Below are positions 1-9,702 of a stretch of DNA of 64,000 bases, in pieces; the stretch's first letter is position 1, and every line of letters begins with the position of its first letter. The stretch comes from Bryobacterales bacterium (GTDB taxonomy: Bacteria; Acidobacteriota; Terriglobia; Bryobacterales; UBA6623). Made by a program: the position numbers and the translations under genes. The stretch spans positions 2,016,001-2,080,000 of the forward strand of contig OY729428.2 of the NCBI GenBank assembly GCA_963422375.2, read 5' to 3'. A model generated the notes under the pieces. It had not been told where the DNA came from, made no database searches, and saw only the letters and a program-made list of their open reading frames with translations.

Positions 1-58
1 GCGCGGCGCACGGTCGGCGCGGGGATGCGCATGACAGCCGCGAAGTCCGGCGGCTTGG

Positions 59-1546
59 TTGAGATCGTCAGTCAGTAGAGTGTCGCCTGCCTGCCCGGCA
101 TCGACGAGCGGCCCGCGACCGGCCGCGATTCCCCGTCGCGACTTCCTCGTCGCGGGCGTCGGTGCGGCGCTCGCGAAGAGCCTGCCGGGCGCTTCGCCGC
201 GCCCAAACATCCTGGTCGCGATATCCGACGACCAGTCCTTCGCCCACACCGGCGCTTCCGGCGACCCTGTCGTGCGCACGCCCGTTTTCGACCGGATCGC
301 CGCCGAGGGAGTCCGCTTTTCCCACGCCTTTTGCAGCTCGCCTTCCTGCACGCCTTCGCGCGGTGCCATCCTGACGGGGCAGGACTGCTATCGCCTTGAA
401 GAGGGCGTCAACCTCTGGAGCTCGCTGCCGGCCAAGTTCGAGACCTACCCGGACCTGCTAGAAGCGGCCGGCTATCACGTCGGATTCACGCGCAAGGGAT
501 GGGGGCCGGGCAGATTGGAAGCGGGAGACCGCTCCCGCAATCCCGCGGGGCCCCGGTACGCTGACTTCCGCGTGTTCCACGAGGCCCGGCCCGACGGAGC
601 TCCGTTCTGCTTTTGGTTCGGCAGCACGGACCCTCACCGCCGCTACGAGAAGGGCTCCGGCCTGGCCAGCGGCCTCCGCCTCGACAACGTCGCCGTACCT
701 CCGTTCCTGCCCGACGCGCCGGAAGTCCGCAGCGACATATTGGACTACTACTTCGAGATCGAGCGGTTCGATCGGCAACTGGGCGAAATCCTCCGCTTCC
801 TGGAAGAGCGCGACCAGCTCGCCAACACGATCGTCGTCGTCACTAGCGACAACGGGATGCCGTTTCCCCGCGCCAAGGCCGACCTCTACGATTTCGGCTC
901 GCGGGTTCCTCTAGCCGTCCGCTGGCCCGAGCGCGTTCCGGCAGGTCGGGCAGTCAGCGATTTCGTCAGTCTGGTCGACGTCGCTCCGACGATTCTCGAG
1001 GCGGCAGGCCTCGAGCGCCTGCCTAGCATGACCGGGCGCAGCTTCTTAGCCGAGCTGACTTCTCGGGAGCAGGGCCGCGTCCACGAGACGCGCGACCACG
1101 TAGTCCTGGCCCGCGAGCGCCACACTCCTTGGCGCGCTGGCGGGGTCGGCTACCCCATGCGCGCCATCCGAACGGATCGCCACCTCTACGTCCGCAATCT
1201 CGAGTCCGATCGCTGGCCGGCGGGAGATCCTCCTATCCTCGGCGAGGTCGACCCCTCGCCCACGAAGGACTTCATGCGCGCGAGAAAGGCCGCGCCCGGA
1301 TTCGAGCGCTACTACCGCGCCGCTTTCTCGAAGCGCCCGGCCGAGGAACTCTACGACGTGGCGCGAGATCCGGGCCAGATGGAAAGCGTCGCCGCCCTCG
1401 AGGCGTATAGCGAGGTCAAGCGGTCGCTGTCCTCGCGCCTCGACCGGCGCCTGCTAGCGACCGCCGACCCGCGGGCACTCGGTCACCCGCCGACCTGGGA
1501 GAAGAATCCCCATTACGGCAGGCTGACGTTGGAACAGCGTCGCTGA
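59..1546 (+). CDS. Sulfatase (Cys-type, N-sulfoglucosamine sulfohydrolase-like), probable Tat substrate
   Basis: PNILVAISDD; FGly motif CTPSRGAILTG; TSDNGMPFPRAK; RRDFL twin-arginine-like leader. The exact start is uncertain (TTG at 59). Confidence 0.9.
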   Translation: MRSSVSRVSPACPASTSGPRPAAIPRRDFLVAGVGAALAKSLPGASPRPNILVAISDDQSFAHTGASGDPVVRTPVFDRIAAEGVRFSHAFCSSPSCTPSRGAILTGQDCYRLEEGVNLWSSLPAKFETYPDLLEAAGYHVGFTRKGWGPGRLEAGDRSRNPAGPRYADFRVFHEARPDGAPFCFWFGSTDPHRRYEKGSGLASGLRLDNVAVPPFLPDAPEVRSDILDYYFEIERFDRQLGEILRFLEERDQLANTIVVVTSDNGMPFPRAKADLYDFGSRVPLAVRWPERVPAGRAVSDFVSLVDVAPTILEAAGLERLPSMTGRSFLAELTSREQGRVHETRDHVVLARERHTPWRAGGVGYPMRAIRTDRHLYVRNLESDRWPAGDPPILGEVDPSPTKDFMRARKAAPGFERYYRAAFSKRPAEELYDVARDPGQMESVAALEAYSEVKRSLSSRLDRRLLATADPRALGHPPTWEKNPHYGRLTLEQRR

Positions 1547-1563
1547 CGGGCCGGCGCCCGCGA

Positions 1564-3096
1564 TCAGCCGACCGGGTCGACCGTCCAGTCCGTGTTGACC
1601 CTTCTTCCGTAGTACGGATAGAAGTCCCACGGCGCCGGCTTGCCGAGGGCGCGCGGATCCCCGGTGTCGGCTAGGCGTTTCATGAGGCGACCATGCAGGG
1701 CCTGCCTGCGGTCCACTGCGGCGGGTTCGCCGGCAATGTTCCGCAACTGGCCCGGGTCTTCGCGGAGGTCGTAGAGCTCGTGGCCCTCCCTCGTGCCGAA
1801 GGCAAGCTCGGAGAGGGCGTCGACGGCGGGGTCGTCGCGATTCTCCATCATGAAAGTCTTCGTCGGCGATCTGTCGATCTCGCCGTAGGGGATCGCGCGG
1901 GCGCAGTCCGCCGCGTTGGGCGAGCCGGAAGGCCAGCGCGTCGGCTCGAAGTTTCGGACGTAGAGGTAGTCGCGGGTGCGGATGGCCCGGCAGGGGTACC
2001 CCTTTCCGCCGCGACGGCAGCCGTCGTGCCGCTCCATCGCGAAGAACGCGGCGTCGCGCGACGCATCGACTTCCCCGTTGGCGCTCGCCGAAAGGACGGG
2101 CAGCAGGCTCCGCGCCGTCATGCTCTCGTGCCGCGCCAGTCCGGCAGCCTCCAGGAACGTCGGCGCGAGATCGCTCAGACTGACAAAGTCGTCCACCGTT
2201 CTGCCCGCGGGGATCGAGCCGGGCCAGGAAATCGCGAGCGGGACCCGGCTGCCGTAGTCGTAGAGGCTCGCCTTGGCGCGAGGGAAGGGCATGCCGTGGT
2301 CGCTCGTTACTACAACGAGGGTGTTGTCGAGCTGGCCGGATTGGCGCAGGAGAGCGAGCGCCCGATTCACGTTGGCATCGAAGCGCTCGATCTCGACGTA
2401 GTAGTCGAGAATGTCGTTGCGCGTCACCCGATTGTCCGGCAGGTGCGGGGGTACGACGACCCGTCCGGGATCCTTTCCCGAGCGGACGCCCGAGCCGAGC
2501 TCGTAGGGCCGGTGGGGGTCGCTGCTTCCGAGCCAGAAGCAGAACGGCTTGCCCGCCGCGGTCTCCTGCAGGAAGGCTTCGAAGCTCGCGAACCGGTCGC
2601 CGGCGGGGTTGCGCGTGCGCCCGCCCGGCCCGAGCCGCCCCGGCGCCCATCCCTTACTGGCGTGGCCGGTTCGATAGCCCTCTCGTTCGAGCATTTCGGT
2701 GTAGGTCGCGAACTTGAGCGGCAGGGTGCTGTGAATGTTGCCGGCCTCTTCCAGGCGCCAGATCGACTGGCCGGTCAGGAGGGCGCTGCGGGACGGTCCG
2801 CAGGTCGGCGCGTCGCAGAAGGCGTGCGTGCATAGCACGCCTCGGGCGGCGACTCGGTCGAACGCGGGCGTCTTGACGACCGGATCTCCAGCGGCCCCGG
2901 CGTGCGCCCAGGACTGGTCGTCGGAAATACAGATCAGGATGTTGGGCCGGTCCCCGGCCGGTCGCCCTTGGGCCGCGAGCGGGGCCGACCCGGCGGCTCC
3001 CAGGCCCGCGGCCGCCAGTCCCACGAACGACCGGCGTGAGATGCCTGTGCCGCCCGTTACTCCGATCTCGCCGCCTCGGCTGCTGTCAGGTTGCAT
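1564..3096 (-). CDS. Sulfatase, close paralogue of the previous gene, Tat signal
   Basis: PNILICISDD, CGPSRSALLTG, TSDHGMPFPRAK, SRRSFVG leader. ATG 3096 is preferred over the ORF-track start 3270, which overlaps a TonB-receptor remnant. Confidence 0.9.
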   Translation of the reverse strand: MQPDSSRGGEIGVTGGTGISRRSFVGLAAAGLGAAGSAPLAAQGRPAGDRPNILICISDDQSWAHAGAAGDPVVKTPAFDRVAARGVLCTHAFCDAPTCGPSRSALLTGQSIWRLEEAGNIHSTLPLKFATYTEMLEREGYRTGHASKGWAPGRLGPGGRTRNPAGDRFASFEAFLQETAAGKPFCFWLGSSDPHRPYELGSGVRSGKDPGRVVVPPHLPDNRVTRNDILDYYVEIERFDANVNRALALLRQSGQLDNTLVVVTSDHGMPFPRAKASLYDYGSRVPLAISWPGSIPAGRTVDDFVSLSDLAPTFLEAAGLARHESMTARSLLPVLSASANGEVDASRDAAFFAMERHDGCRRGGKGYPCRAIRTRDYLYVRNFEPTRWPSGSPNAADCARAIPYGEIDRSPTKTFMMENRDDPAVDALSELAFGTREGHELYDLREDPGQLRNIAGEPAAVDRRQALHGRLMKRLADTGDPRALGKPAPWDFYPYYGRRVNTDWTVDPVG

Positions 3097-3152
3097 GTCT
3101 GATTCTCGCGCATCTCGCGCTGGCGCGGGGAGTTCCGGAAATCGCTGTCGTG

Positions 3153-3400
3153 TCAGAAGATTAACTCCATCCCGAATCGGATTCGCCGTACCGGGCAGTA
3201 CTCCATGGCGGAAGAGATCCTCCCGCCTGGGGGCCTGTTGACGGTGCCGCTGGGGGCACTGCGGCGCCACTCGTTGAACGGGTTGAAGAACTCTCGTCGC
3301 GGAAGCTGCGGGACAGGCTCTCCGTCAAGTCGAAGATTTTGAGCTCACCCTACCTTGGTTGAGCGGCCGGCCTTTCTTAGCGGTTCGGCGGCTGCGAGGC
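3153..3400 (-). pseudogene. 3' remnant of an Oar-type TonB-dependent receptor
   Basis: Manual translation of the minus strand gives KIFDLTESLS, then after a frameshift QLPRREFFNPFN...GRISSA...RRIRFGMELIF-stop. This matches the acidobacterial TBDR C-terminus (LQFRAEFFNAFN...GRITSA...QFGLKLIF). Confidence 0.6.
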
Positions 3401-3751
3401 GACGTTGCCAATTGGTCGGCCTAGAGGTGCGTGGCTCGCACGCTCCGCCCCAAGCCGGAAGGGCTCGGGTCGCTGGCCTCCGGGCAGGACTCAGGGGCGG
3501 GGCACGACCGGCAGCGCGGGAAGGCCGCCCGATGGCCGCTTGAGCGTGACGTCCTCGAATAGCAGCGACGGCACAACCAAGGAAACCACCGGCGTGCCGA
3601 CAGATGCGGTGAACGGCAGTCTGGGCTGGCCGCGGAACGCCACGCTGTACACGGTCAGGTCTTGCGAAGCCGCCACGATGTCGCGGAAGCTCGAGTCACC
3701 GATCCCCGTCAGGACGGCGCTGCGGATCAGTTCCTCGCGTCCATCCGGAAA

Positions 3752-4771
3752 CCTGATTACCAACGAACGTCAGCCGAGGATATGCTATACTGGAGGAGGT
3801 CGGAAATCTCTGACAGGAAAGGGGATAGCAGCTGAAACGCAATCGCGTGCAATTCCAGAAGGGACTCAGCCTGGGCAAGTTCCTGCAGCGCTACGGCAGC
3901 GAGGGGCCATGCGAGCAGGCCGTCTTCAAGGCCCGCTGGCCGGACGGCTTCCGCTGCCCGGAGTGCGGCTCCCGACGGCACTGCCGCATCCGCTCCCGCA
4001 AGCTCCGGCAGTGCCATGCCTGCCACCGCCAGAGCTCCCTCGTCGCCGGCACGCTCTTCGCCGCCACCAAGCTGCCGCTGACCGTCCGGTTCCTGGCTAT
4101 GCACCTGCTGACGCAGGGCCAGCACGGCGTTTCGTCGCTGGAACTGGCGCGGCAGCCGGGCGTGAGCCGGAACACGGCTTGGAAGATGAAGCACAAGCTC
4201 TTGCAAGTGATGAAGGAGCGCGACGAGCGCCTGCCGCTGGGCGGCATCGTGCAGGTGGACGACGCTTACTGGGGCGGGGAGCGGAGCGGCGGCCAGCGCG
4301 GGCGCGGCGGGCAAGACGCCGTTCGTGGCCGCCGTGCAGGTCAGCGCCGCCGGCCAGGATGCTCATGAGCAGCGTGGCGGGCTTGCGCAAGAAGACGCTG
4401 GCAGCGTGGGCCGGGCGGCACTTGCAGCCCGGCACGAAAGTGCATTCCGACGGCCCGGCCTGCTTCCGGGGCGTGGCCGGCGCCGGCTGCGAGCACGTGC
4501 CGACCGTCACCGGAGGCGGGCAGCGGAGCTGCGCGGATTCCCGCTTCGTCCGGGTCAGAACGATGCTGGCGCACGTCAAGCAGTCCCTGGCGGGAACCTG
4601 CCATTCGTTCGACGGCAAGCACCTGCCGCGCTACCTCGCCGAGTTCCGCTACCGCTTCAACCGCCGCTACGATCTGCAGGCGCTGGTCCCCCGCCTGCTC
4701 CACGCCTCCGTGCGCACCCCGCCCATGCCTTACCGCCTCCTAACCTTGGCTGAGTCTTGTGGGTAATCAGG
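3752..4771 (+). mobile_element. IS1595-family element (ISSod11-like), 1020 bp, inactive
   Basis: IRL cctgattaccaacgaacgtcagcc versus IRR reverse complement cctgattacccacaagactcagcc (19/24 identical). 8-bp TSD tccggaaa at 3744-3751 and 4772-4779. Confidence 0.93.
3832..4766 (+). pseudogene. IS1595-family transposase with two frameshifts
   Basis: RWPDGFRCPEC zinc ribbon, VQVDDAYWGG, GKTPFVAAVQ, VHSDG and RYLAEFRYRFNRR are spread over three frames, with shifts near 4310-4355. Confidence 0.9.
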
Positions 4772-5299
4772 TCCGGAAATACCCTGTAGGCGACGACGGC
4801 CTCGATCTCAGACTCGGAGCCGGACGCCGAGGACGAAAGGCCTCGGCGACCGGAAAGCCTCGCTCCGGGAGAGCCGAGGCGCCGCACCGAGATGGTGAAC
4901 TCCAAGTCCCGTTCCCGCGCCAGGTCGAGCAGCTCCTGCTTCATCTCCGCGCGATCGAGGCCGTCGCGCGGCTGGACAAACGGGTTCGAGGGCGCCGGGC
5001 CCGAGCCGCGGCGGCTGCCGGTACTGCGCGGGATGCCTTGGACCGGGCTGCGCGTGGGGAGCAGAGTCTTCAGCAGCCCGTTCTGCACGAGCTCCGTCCG
5101 GCGAGCCGGCACCCCTTCGTTGTCGATACGATAGCCGCCCAAGAGCGGCACCTCACCGTGCCTGTCGGCGTGCGGGTCGTTGGCCACGCCGAGAAACCGG
5201 GGAAGGACACGCGAGCCGAGCCGGTCCTGGAAAGGGTTTGCCATCCGGCGGGAGATTCGCTCGTATCAGGACTCCGCGACGACGGGAGCCTTCATCGCG

Positions 5300-5888
5300 A
5301 GCAGGCGCGGCGCCAAGACCTGATGCACCAAGTACGTTGCTGCTCTTCCCGGCCGAGGTGATGATGGCCCGCACCCACTCGTCGTAGGGCCGGTCGGAGT
5401 GCAGCTTCTCCTTCAGCCAGTACGTGGAAGAGCTCTCTGCCGCGACCCATCTTGCCGTTGGCGCGAAAGAGATCCATGTAAAAGTAGGCCCACTTCTCGC
5501 TGAATTCCTCGCGGGCAAGCAATTCGTCGATCTTGCGGCTGCGCTTGCCGCTCGAATCGTCCTCCATGAACTCGCGGATTTCGGGCCGAGTCGGAATGCG
5601 CCCGACGAGATCCAGCTGCACTCGGCGAAGGAATTCGAGGTCGCCGGACGGCGGGGCATGCGGTATGCCGTCGCTCGCGATCTTCCCGAATATATGGTCG
5701 TCGACGAAATTGCGCCGAACGGCGGGCTTCGTTGCGACGGCCTCCGACACTGACACGACGCGCTGCGTTACCTCGGTGGCCACGGCACGGGAATCTCGGG
5801 CCTCCCGCAGCGGCTCGCGGTCCGCCGACTGTCCGAGGACTACAGCCGCGGTCGAGAGCACGAGGAGAATGTGTCTTGGAACCCGCAT
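5300..5888 (-). pseudogene. DUF1549 (PSD1-type) protein, 5' remnant, frameshifted and truncated
   Basis: NFVDDHIFGK...EFLRRVQLDLVGRIPT...KIDELL; +1 frameshift near 5424 continuing as YWLKEKLHSDRPYDEWVRAII; ends abruptly at the TldD remnant. Confidence 0.75.
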
Positions 5889-6124
5889 TGAGTCGCCGCT
5901 GGCATTATTGCAAGATTCCGGGGCCCAACGGCGTTCCTCGCCGACGGAATTCGACGGAAATGCGCCGGCATTCCGAGGCTGTTTCGGGGAATCGATCAAA
6001 GGCCCTCGATGGCGCGAGCCCTGCGAGCCCAGCCTCGTAGCCGGAGCGCCGGCGGGCTGCCGGCACGGGCGCATGCTGGCCCTCCCAGCGTTGAGCGGCC
6101 GAACCGCTTTGCTAGCCTTTGCTC

Positions 6125-7783
6125 ATGCACCGTGCGCTCCTAGCTGCCGCCGCCCTGCTGACAGGCTCGATCGCCGCCAGCGACAGCCCCGACCTAGAGG
6201 TCGTGAGCCGAATTAAGCAAGAGGCCTACGACAACAGCCAGGTAATGGACCACCTGTTCCGGCTCGTGGAAGTCTACGGCCCGCGAATCACGAACTCGAG
6301 CGGATTCATGGGCGCGGCCGAATGGGCCGCGGAGACGATGGAGGGCTGGGGCCTCGAGAACGCGAATCTGGAGGAGTGGGGGCCGTTCGGGCAGGGCTGG
6401 TCACGGGAGTACTTCTCGGTCCACCTGACGGCGCCCCAGTACGAGCAGCTGATCGGCGTTCCCATGGGCTGGAGCCCCTCCACCGACGGCAAGCTGACCG
6501 GCCAGCCGGTACTGGCCCCCATCCGGCGGGACGGGCGCCTGCCCCGCGACGAGCAAGCGGTCGACGAATACATCGCCGAGTGGAAGGGCGAGCTCTCCGG
6601 GGCGATGGTGATGATCAGCGACCCGAAGAGGCTCCGGCCCCAGAGCCGCCCGGCCTTGCACCGCTTCTCGGGTTCCGAGCTGCAGGAGGTCGCCAAGGCG
6701 AGGCCGGCGTCCCCTCCCGTCGACTACCTGGATCCGGATTTGGAGATTCCCGGGGCCCCCGAGGACCGGCGCGCATTCATGGTCAAGGCCCCGCGCTGGT
6801 TCCGCGAGCACCGCTCACAGGAGCGGCGCAGGATCCAGTCCAAGCTTAACGCGTTCCTGGTCTCCGAGGGTGTCAGGCTGGTCCTCCACCCCGCCGCCCG
6901 GGGCGACGGCGGCACAGTGTTCCCGCCTCGCTCGGGCAGCCGCCACGTCGAGGACGCCGGGCCGCCGCCGTCAATCGCGCTGACTCCCGAACACTACAAC
7001 CGCATCTACCGGCTGATCGACAAGGGGGTCGGCGCGACGATCGAGGCCGAAGTCCGCACCACCGTGTACCGCGAGACTCTCGACTCGGTGAACGTCGTCG
7101 CGGAAATCCCGGGCACCAGCAAGGCCGACGAGCTCATCATGCTCGGTGGGCATCTCGACTCGACGGCCGCCGCGCTCGGCGCCACTGACAACGGGGCGGG
7201 CTGCGCGGTCATGATGGAGGTCGTTCGCATTCTCAAGGCGCTCGACCTGCCGCTGAAGCGGACCGTGCGCATCGCGCTTTGGGGCGGGGAAGAGCAGGGC
7301 CTGCTGGGTTCGGAGGCCTACGTCAAGAAGCACTTCGGAAACTCCGAGACGATGGCGCTGACTCAGAAGCACGCCAAGCTCTCGGCGTACTTCAACGTCG
7401 ACAACGGGACCGGGAAGATTCGCGGCGTGTACCTGCAGGGCAACGACCGCGTACGGTCGATCTTCCGGCAATGGCTTTCCCCGTTCCAAGACATGGGGGC
7501 CTCCACCCTGAGCATTCGCGATACCGGAGGCACGGACCACCTATCCTTCGACGCGGTCGGACTGCCCGGCTTTCAGTTCATTCAGGATCGGATCGAATAC
7601 GAGACCCGGACGCACCACTCGAACATGGACGGCTACGACCGCGCCCAGTCCGCCGACCTGATCCAAGCGTCGATCATCGTCGCCACGTTCGTCTATCACG
7701 CGGCCAACAGGGACGAGATGATTCCAAGGAAGCCGCTGCCGCGGCCCCAGCCCAAGACCAAGCCGGAGCAGAAGCCCGAATAG
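6125..7783 (+). CDS. M28 family metallopeptidase (carboxypeptidase Q-like), secreted
   Basis: GGHLDS, GATDNGAG, GEEQGLLGS, GTDH and THH motifs; signal peptide. Confidence 0.9.
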   Translation: MHRALLAAAALLTGSIAASDSPDLEVVSRIKQEAYDNSQVMDHLFRLVEVYGPRITNSSGFMGAAEWAAETMEGWGLENANLEEWGPFGQGWSREYFSVHLTAPQYEQLIGVPMGWSPSTDGKLTGQPVLAPIRRDGRLPRDEQAVDEYIAEWKGELSGAMVMISDPKRLRPQSRPALHRFSGSELQEVAKARPASPPVDYLDPDLEIPGAPEDRRAFMVKAPRWFREHRSQERRRIQSKLNAFLVSEGVRLVLHPAARGDGGTVFPPRSGSRHVEDAGPPPSIALTPEHYNRIYRLIDKGVGATIEAEVRTTVYRETLDSVNVVAEIPGTSKADELIMLGGHLDSTAAALGATDNGAGCAVMMEVVRILKALDLPLKRTVRIALWGGEEQGLLGSEAYVKKHFGNSETMALTQKHAKLSAYFNVDNGTGKIRGVYLQGNDRVRSIFRQWLSPFQDMGASTLSIRDTGGTDHLSFDAVGLPGFQFIQDRIEYETRTHHSNMDGYDRAQSADLIQASIIVATFVYHAANRDEMIPRKPLPRPQPKTKPEQKPE

Positions 7784-7833
7784 GCGGCCGCCCACGTTCC
7801 CGGGGCGGCTCCTCGGCCGTTCCCGGCCCGGCG

Positions 7834-8382
7834 CTAGAGGTCGTACTGAGCCAGCGTGGATTCCCAGCGCCCTTGGGCTTTCAGCACGAGCTCGACGACC
7901 TCGCGGATCGCGCCGTGCCCGCCGTGGCTCTTGGTAACGAGATGCACGCAGTCGATGACTTCCGGGCGGGCGTTGGCCGGGGCGACGGCCAGACCGGCTC
8001 GCTTCAGGAGGGGCAGGTCCGTGACATCGTCCCCGACGTACGCCACCTGCTCGGCTGCGAGGCCGGCGTCCTCGAGAATCGAAGCGAACGACCCGAGCTT
8101 GTCGGTCCGACCTTCGACGAGGTATTTCATGCGCGCCGACCGGGCGCGCTCGCGAACGGCCAGGCCGCCGCGCCCCGTGATGATCCCGGTGTCGATGCCT
8201 GCTCGACGGATCCATGCGAGCGCGATGCCGTCGTGGCAGTCGAAGGCCTTTGTTTCCGCCACCGTGCCGTCAGGCCCGGGAAGGAAGTAGATCGTGCCGT
8301 CCGTGAGAACCCCGTCGCAATCCATCAGGAGGAGGCGGATGCGGGACGCCCGGTCGCGCAGCGACTCGCTGGTTTCGCCCAT
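7834..8382 (-). CDS. kdsC: KDO 8-phosphate phosphatase (HAD, YrbI/KdsC family)
   Basis: DCDGVLTDG, IITGR, YVGDDVTD, GGHGAIRE. Confidence 0.9.
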   Translation of the reverse strand: MGETSESLRDRASRIRLLLMDCDGVLTDGTIYFLPGPDGTVAETKAFDCHDGIALAWIRRAGIDTGIITGRGGLAVRERARSARMKYLVEGRTDKLGSFASILEDAGLAAEQVAYVGDDVTDLPLLKRAGLAVAPANARPEVIDCVHLVTKSHGGHGAIREVVELVLKAQGRWESTLAQYDL

Positions 8383-8654
8383 CGGCTCCTTTATCGCATG
8401 CCGACGACAGCAGTCCCCCAGCGCTCGGAACGACTCCCCGCGGACGACGCGACGCGCCGCGGGGCATGACGCCCGGCAGCAGCTCCGCGATTCGCTATGA
8501 TCAAGGGCAGTCGCGCGCGGCAGGCCCCTAGCTTGGCTCAGAGCGTCGCCGCGGCTTCCCCTCCCATCCGCGCGTCCTAGAGGAGACCAGGCCGTAACCT
8601 ACAGGGGACCGGTTGGGTGTTCAAGCTTTCCATAGACAGGAGACCACAACGAGA

Positions 8655-9653
8655 ATGGCTGCCAGAGTTGCAATTAACGGGTTCGGCCGCATCGGACGGA
8701 ACGTCTTCCGCGCCCAAATGGGCAATCCCGACGTCGAGGTCGTCGCGATCAATGACATCACGGACAGGGCGACGCTTGCGCACTTGCTGAAGTACGACTC
8801 CGTGCTCGGTAACCTGGACGCGAACGTGGCCGCGACCGAAGACGGGCTCCTCCGGGTGGGCGACCAGGAATTCCGGGTCTTCTCGGAGCGCGACCCCGCA
8901 AGGATTCCCTGGGACTCCGTCGGGGCCGAGGTCGTGGTGGAGTCGACCGGGCTCTTCACCAAGCGCGAGATGGCCGCCAAGCACCTTGGCGGCAGCGTGA
9001 GGCGCGTGGTCGTGTCGGCCCCGGCGAAGGGCGAGGACATCACCGTGGTGCTCGGGGTCAACGACTCCCAGCTCGATGACAGCCACGAGGTGATCTCGAA
9101 CGCCTCCTGCACCACGAACTGCCTCGCGCCGGTCGCCAAGGTGCTGCACGACCAGTTCGGCATCGTGAAGGCCACGATGACCACGGTTCACAGCTACACC
9201 AACGACCAGCGGACGCTCGACCTGCCGCACAAGGACCTGCGCCGGGCCCGCGCGGCGGCACTCAACATGATTCCGACCAAGACCGGCGCGGCTGCGGCGA
9301 TCGGTCTCGTGATGCCGGACCTGGAGGGCAAGTGCGACGGTTTCTCCATTCGAGTGCCCACCCCGAACGTGTCCGTCGTCGACCTCGTGGTGGAACTGAG
9401 TCAGGGCGTCACCAAGGAACAGGTCAACGGTGCGCTCCGCGAGGCCGCCGAGGGCCAGCTCAACGGCATTCTCGCGTACACCGAGGAGCCTCTGGTCTCC
9501 AGCGACTTCATGCGCAACCCCCACTCGTCGATCGTGGACGGAGCGATGACCCGCGTCATCGGCGAGAACATGGTCAAGGTCCTCTCGTGGTACGACAACG
9601 AGTGGGGCTACTCGAACCGCGTGGTCGACCTGGTCAGCAAGCTGGCCGCCTGA
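8655..9653 (+). CDS. gap: Glyceraldehyde-3-phosphate dehydrogenase
   Basis: INGFGRIGR, SNASCTTNCL, WYDNEWGY; ATG 8655 follows an AGGAG element. Confidence 0.98.
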   Translation: MAARVAINGFGRIGRNVFRAQMGNPDVEVVAINDITDRATLAHLLKYDSVLGNLDANVAATEDGLLRVGDQEFRVFSERDPARIPWDSVGAEVVVESTGLFTKREMAAKHLGGSVRRVVVSAPAKGEDITVVLGVNDSQLDDSHEVISNASCTTNCLAPVAKVLHDQFGIVKATMTTVHSYTNDQRTLDLPHKDLRRARAAALNMIPTKTGAAAAIGLVMPDLEGKCDGFSIRVPTPNVSVVDLVVELSQGVTKEQVNGALREAAEGQLNGILAYTEEPLVSSDFMRNPHSSIVDGAMTRVIGENMVKVLSWYDNEWGYSNRVVDLVSKLAA

Positions 9654-9702
9654 GGGACCCCGCGGACGGCCGACCGCACACAGTGCTTGGCATCGCGCGC
9701 AG

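Larger units (their letters stand above)
3491..5290 (-). pseudogene. TldD/PmbA-related metallopeptidase, C-terminal part only, interrupted by IS1595
   Basis: GYRIDNEGVPARRTELVQNGLLKTLL...VAYRVFPD (4772-5244) joins in frame to GREELIRSAV...VVPSLLFEDVTL (3491-3743) once the IS and one TSD copy are removed. The 5' part is missing. Confidence 0.75.

Noticed and set aside
3405..4766. 453-aa ORF as a full transposase
   Set aside because: Only its last ~135 codons are transposase; the rest crosses the IS end in a non-coding frame.
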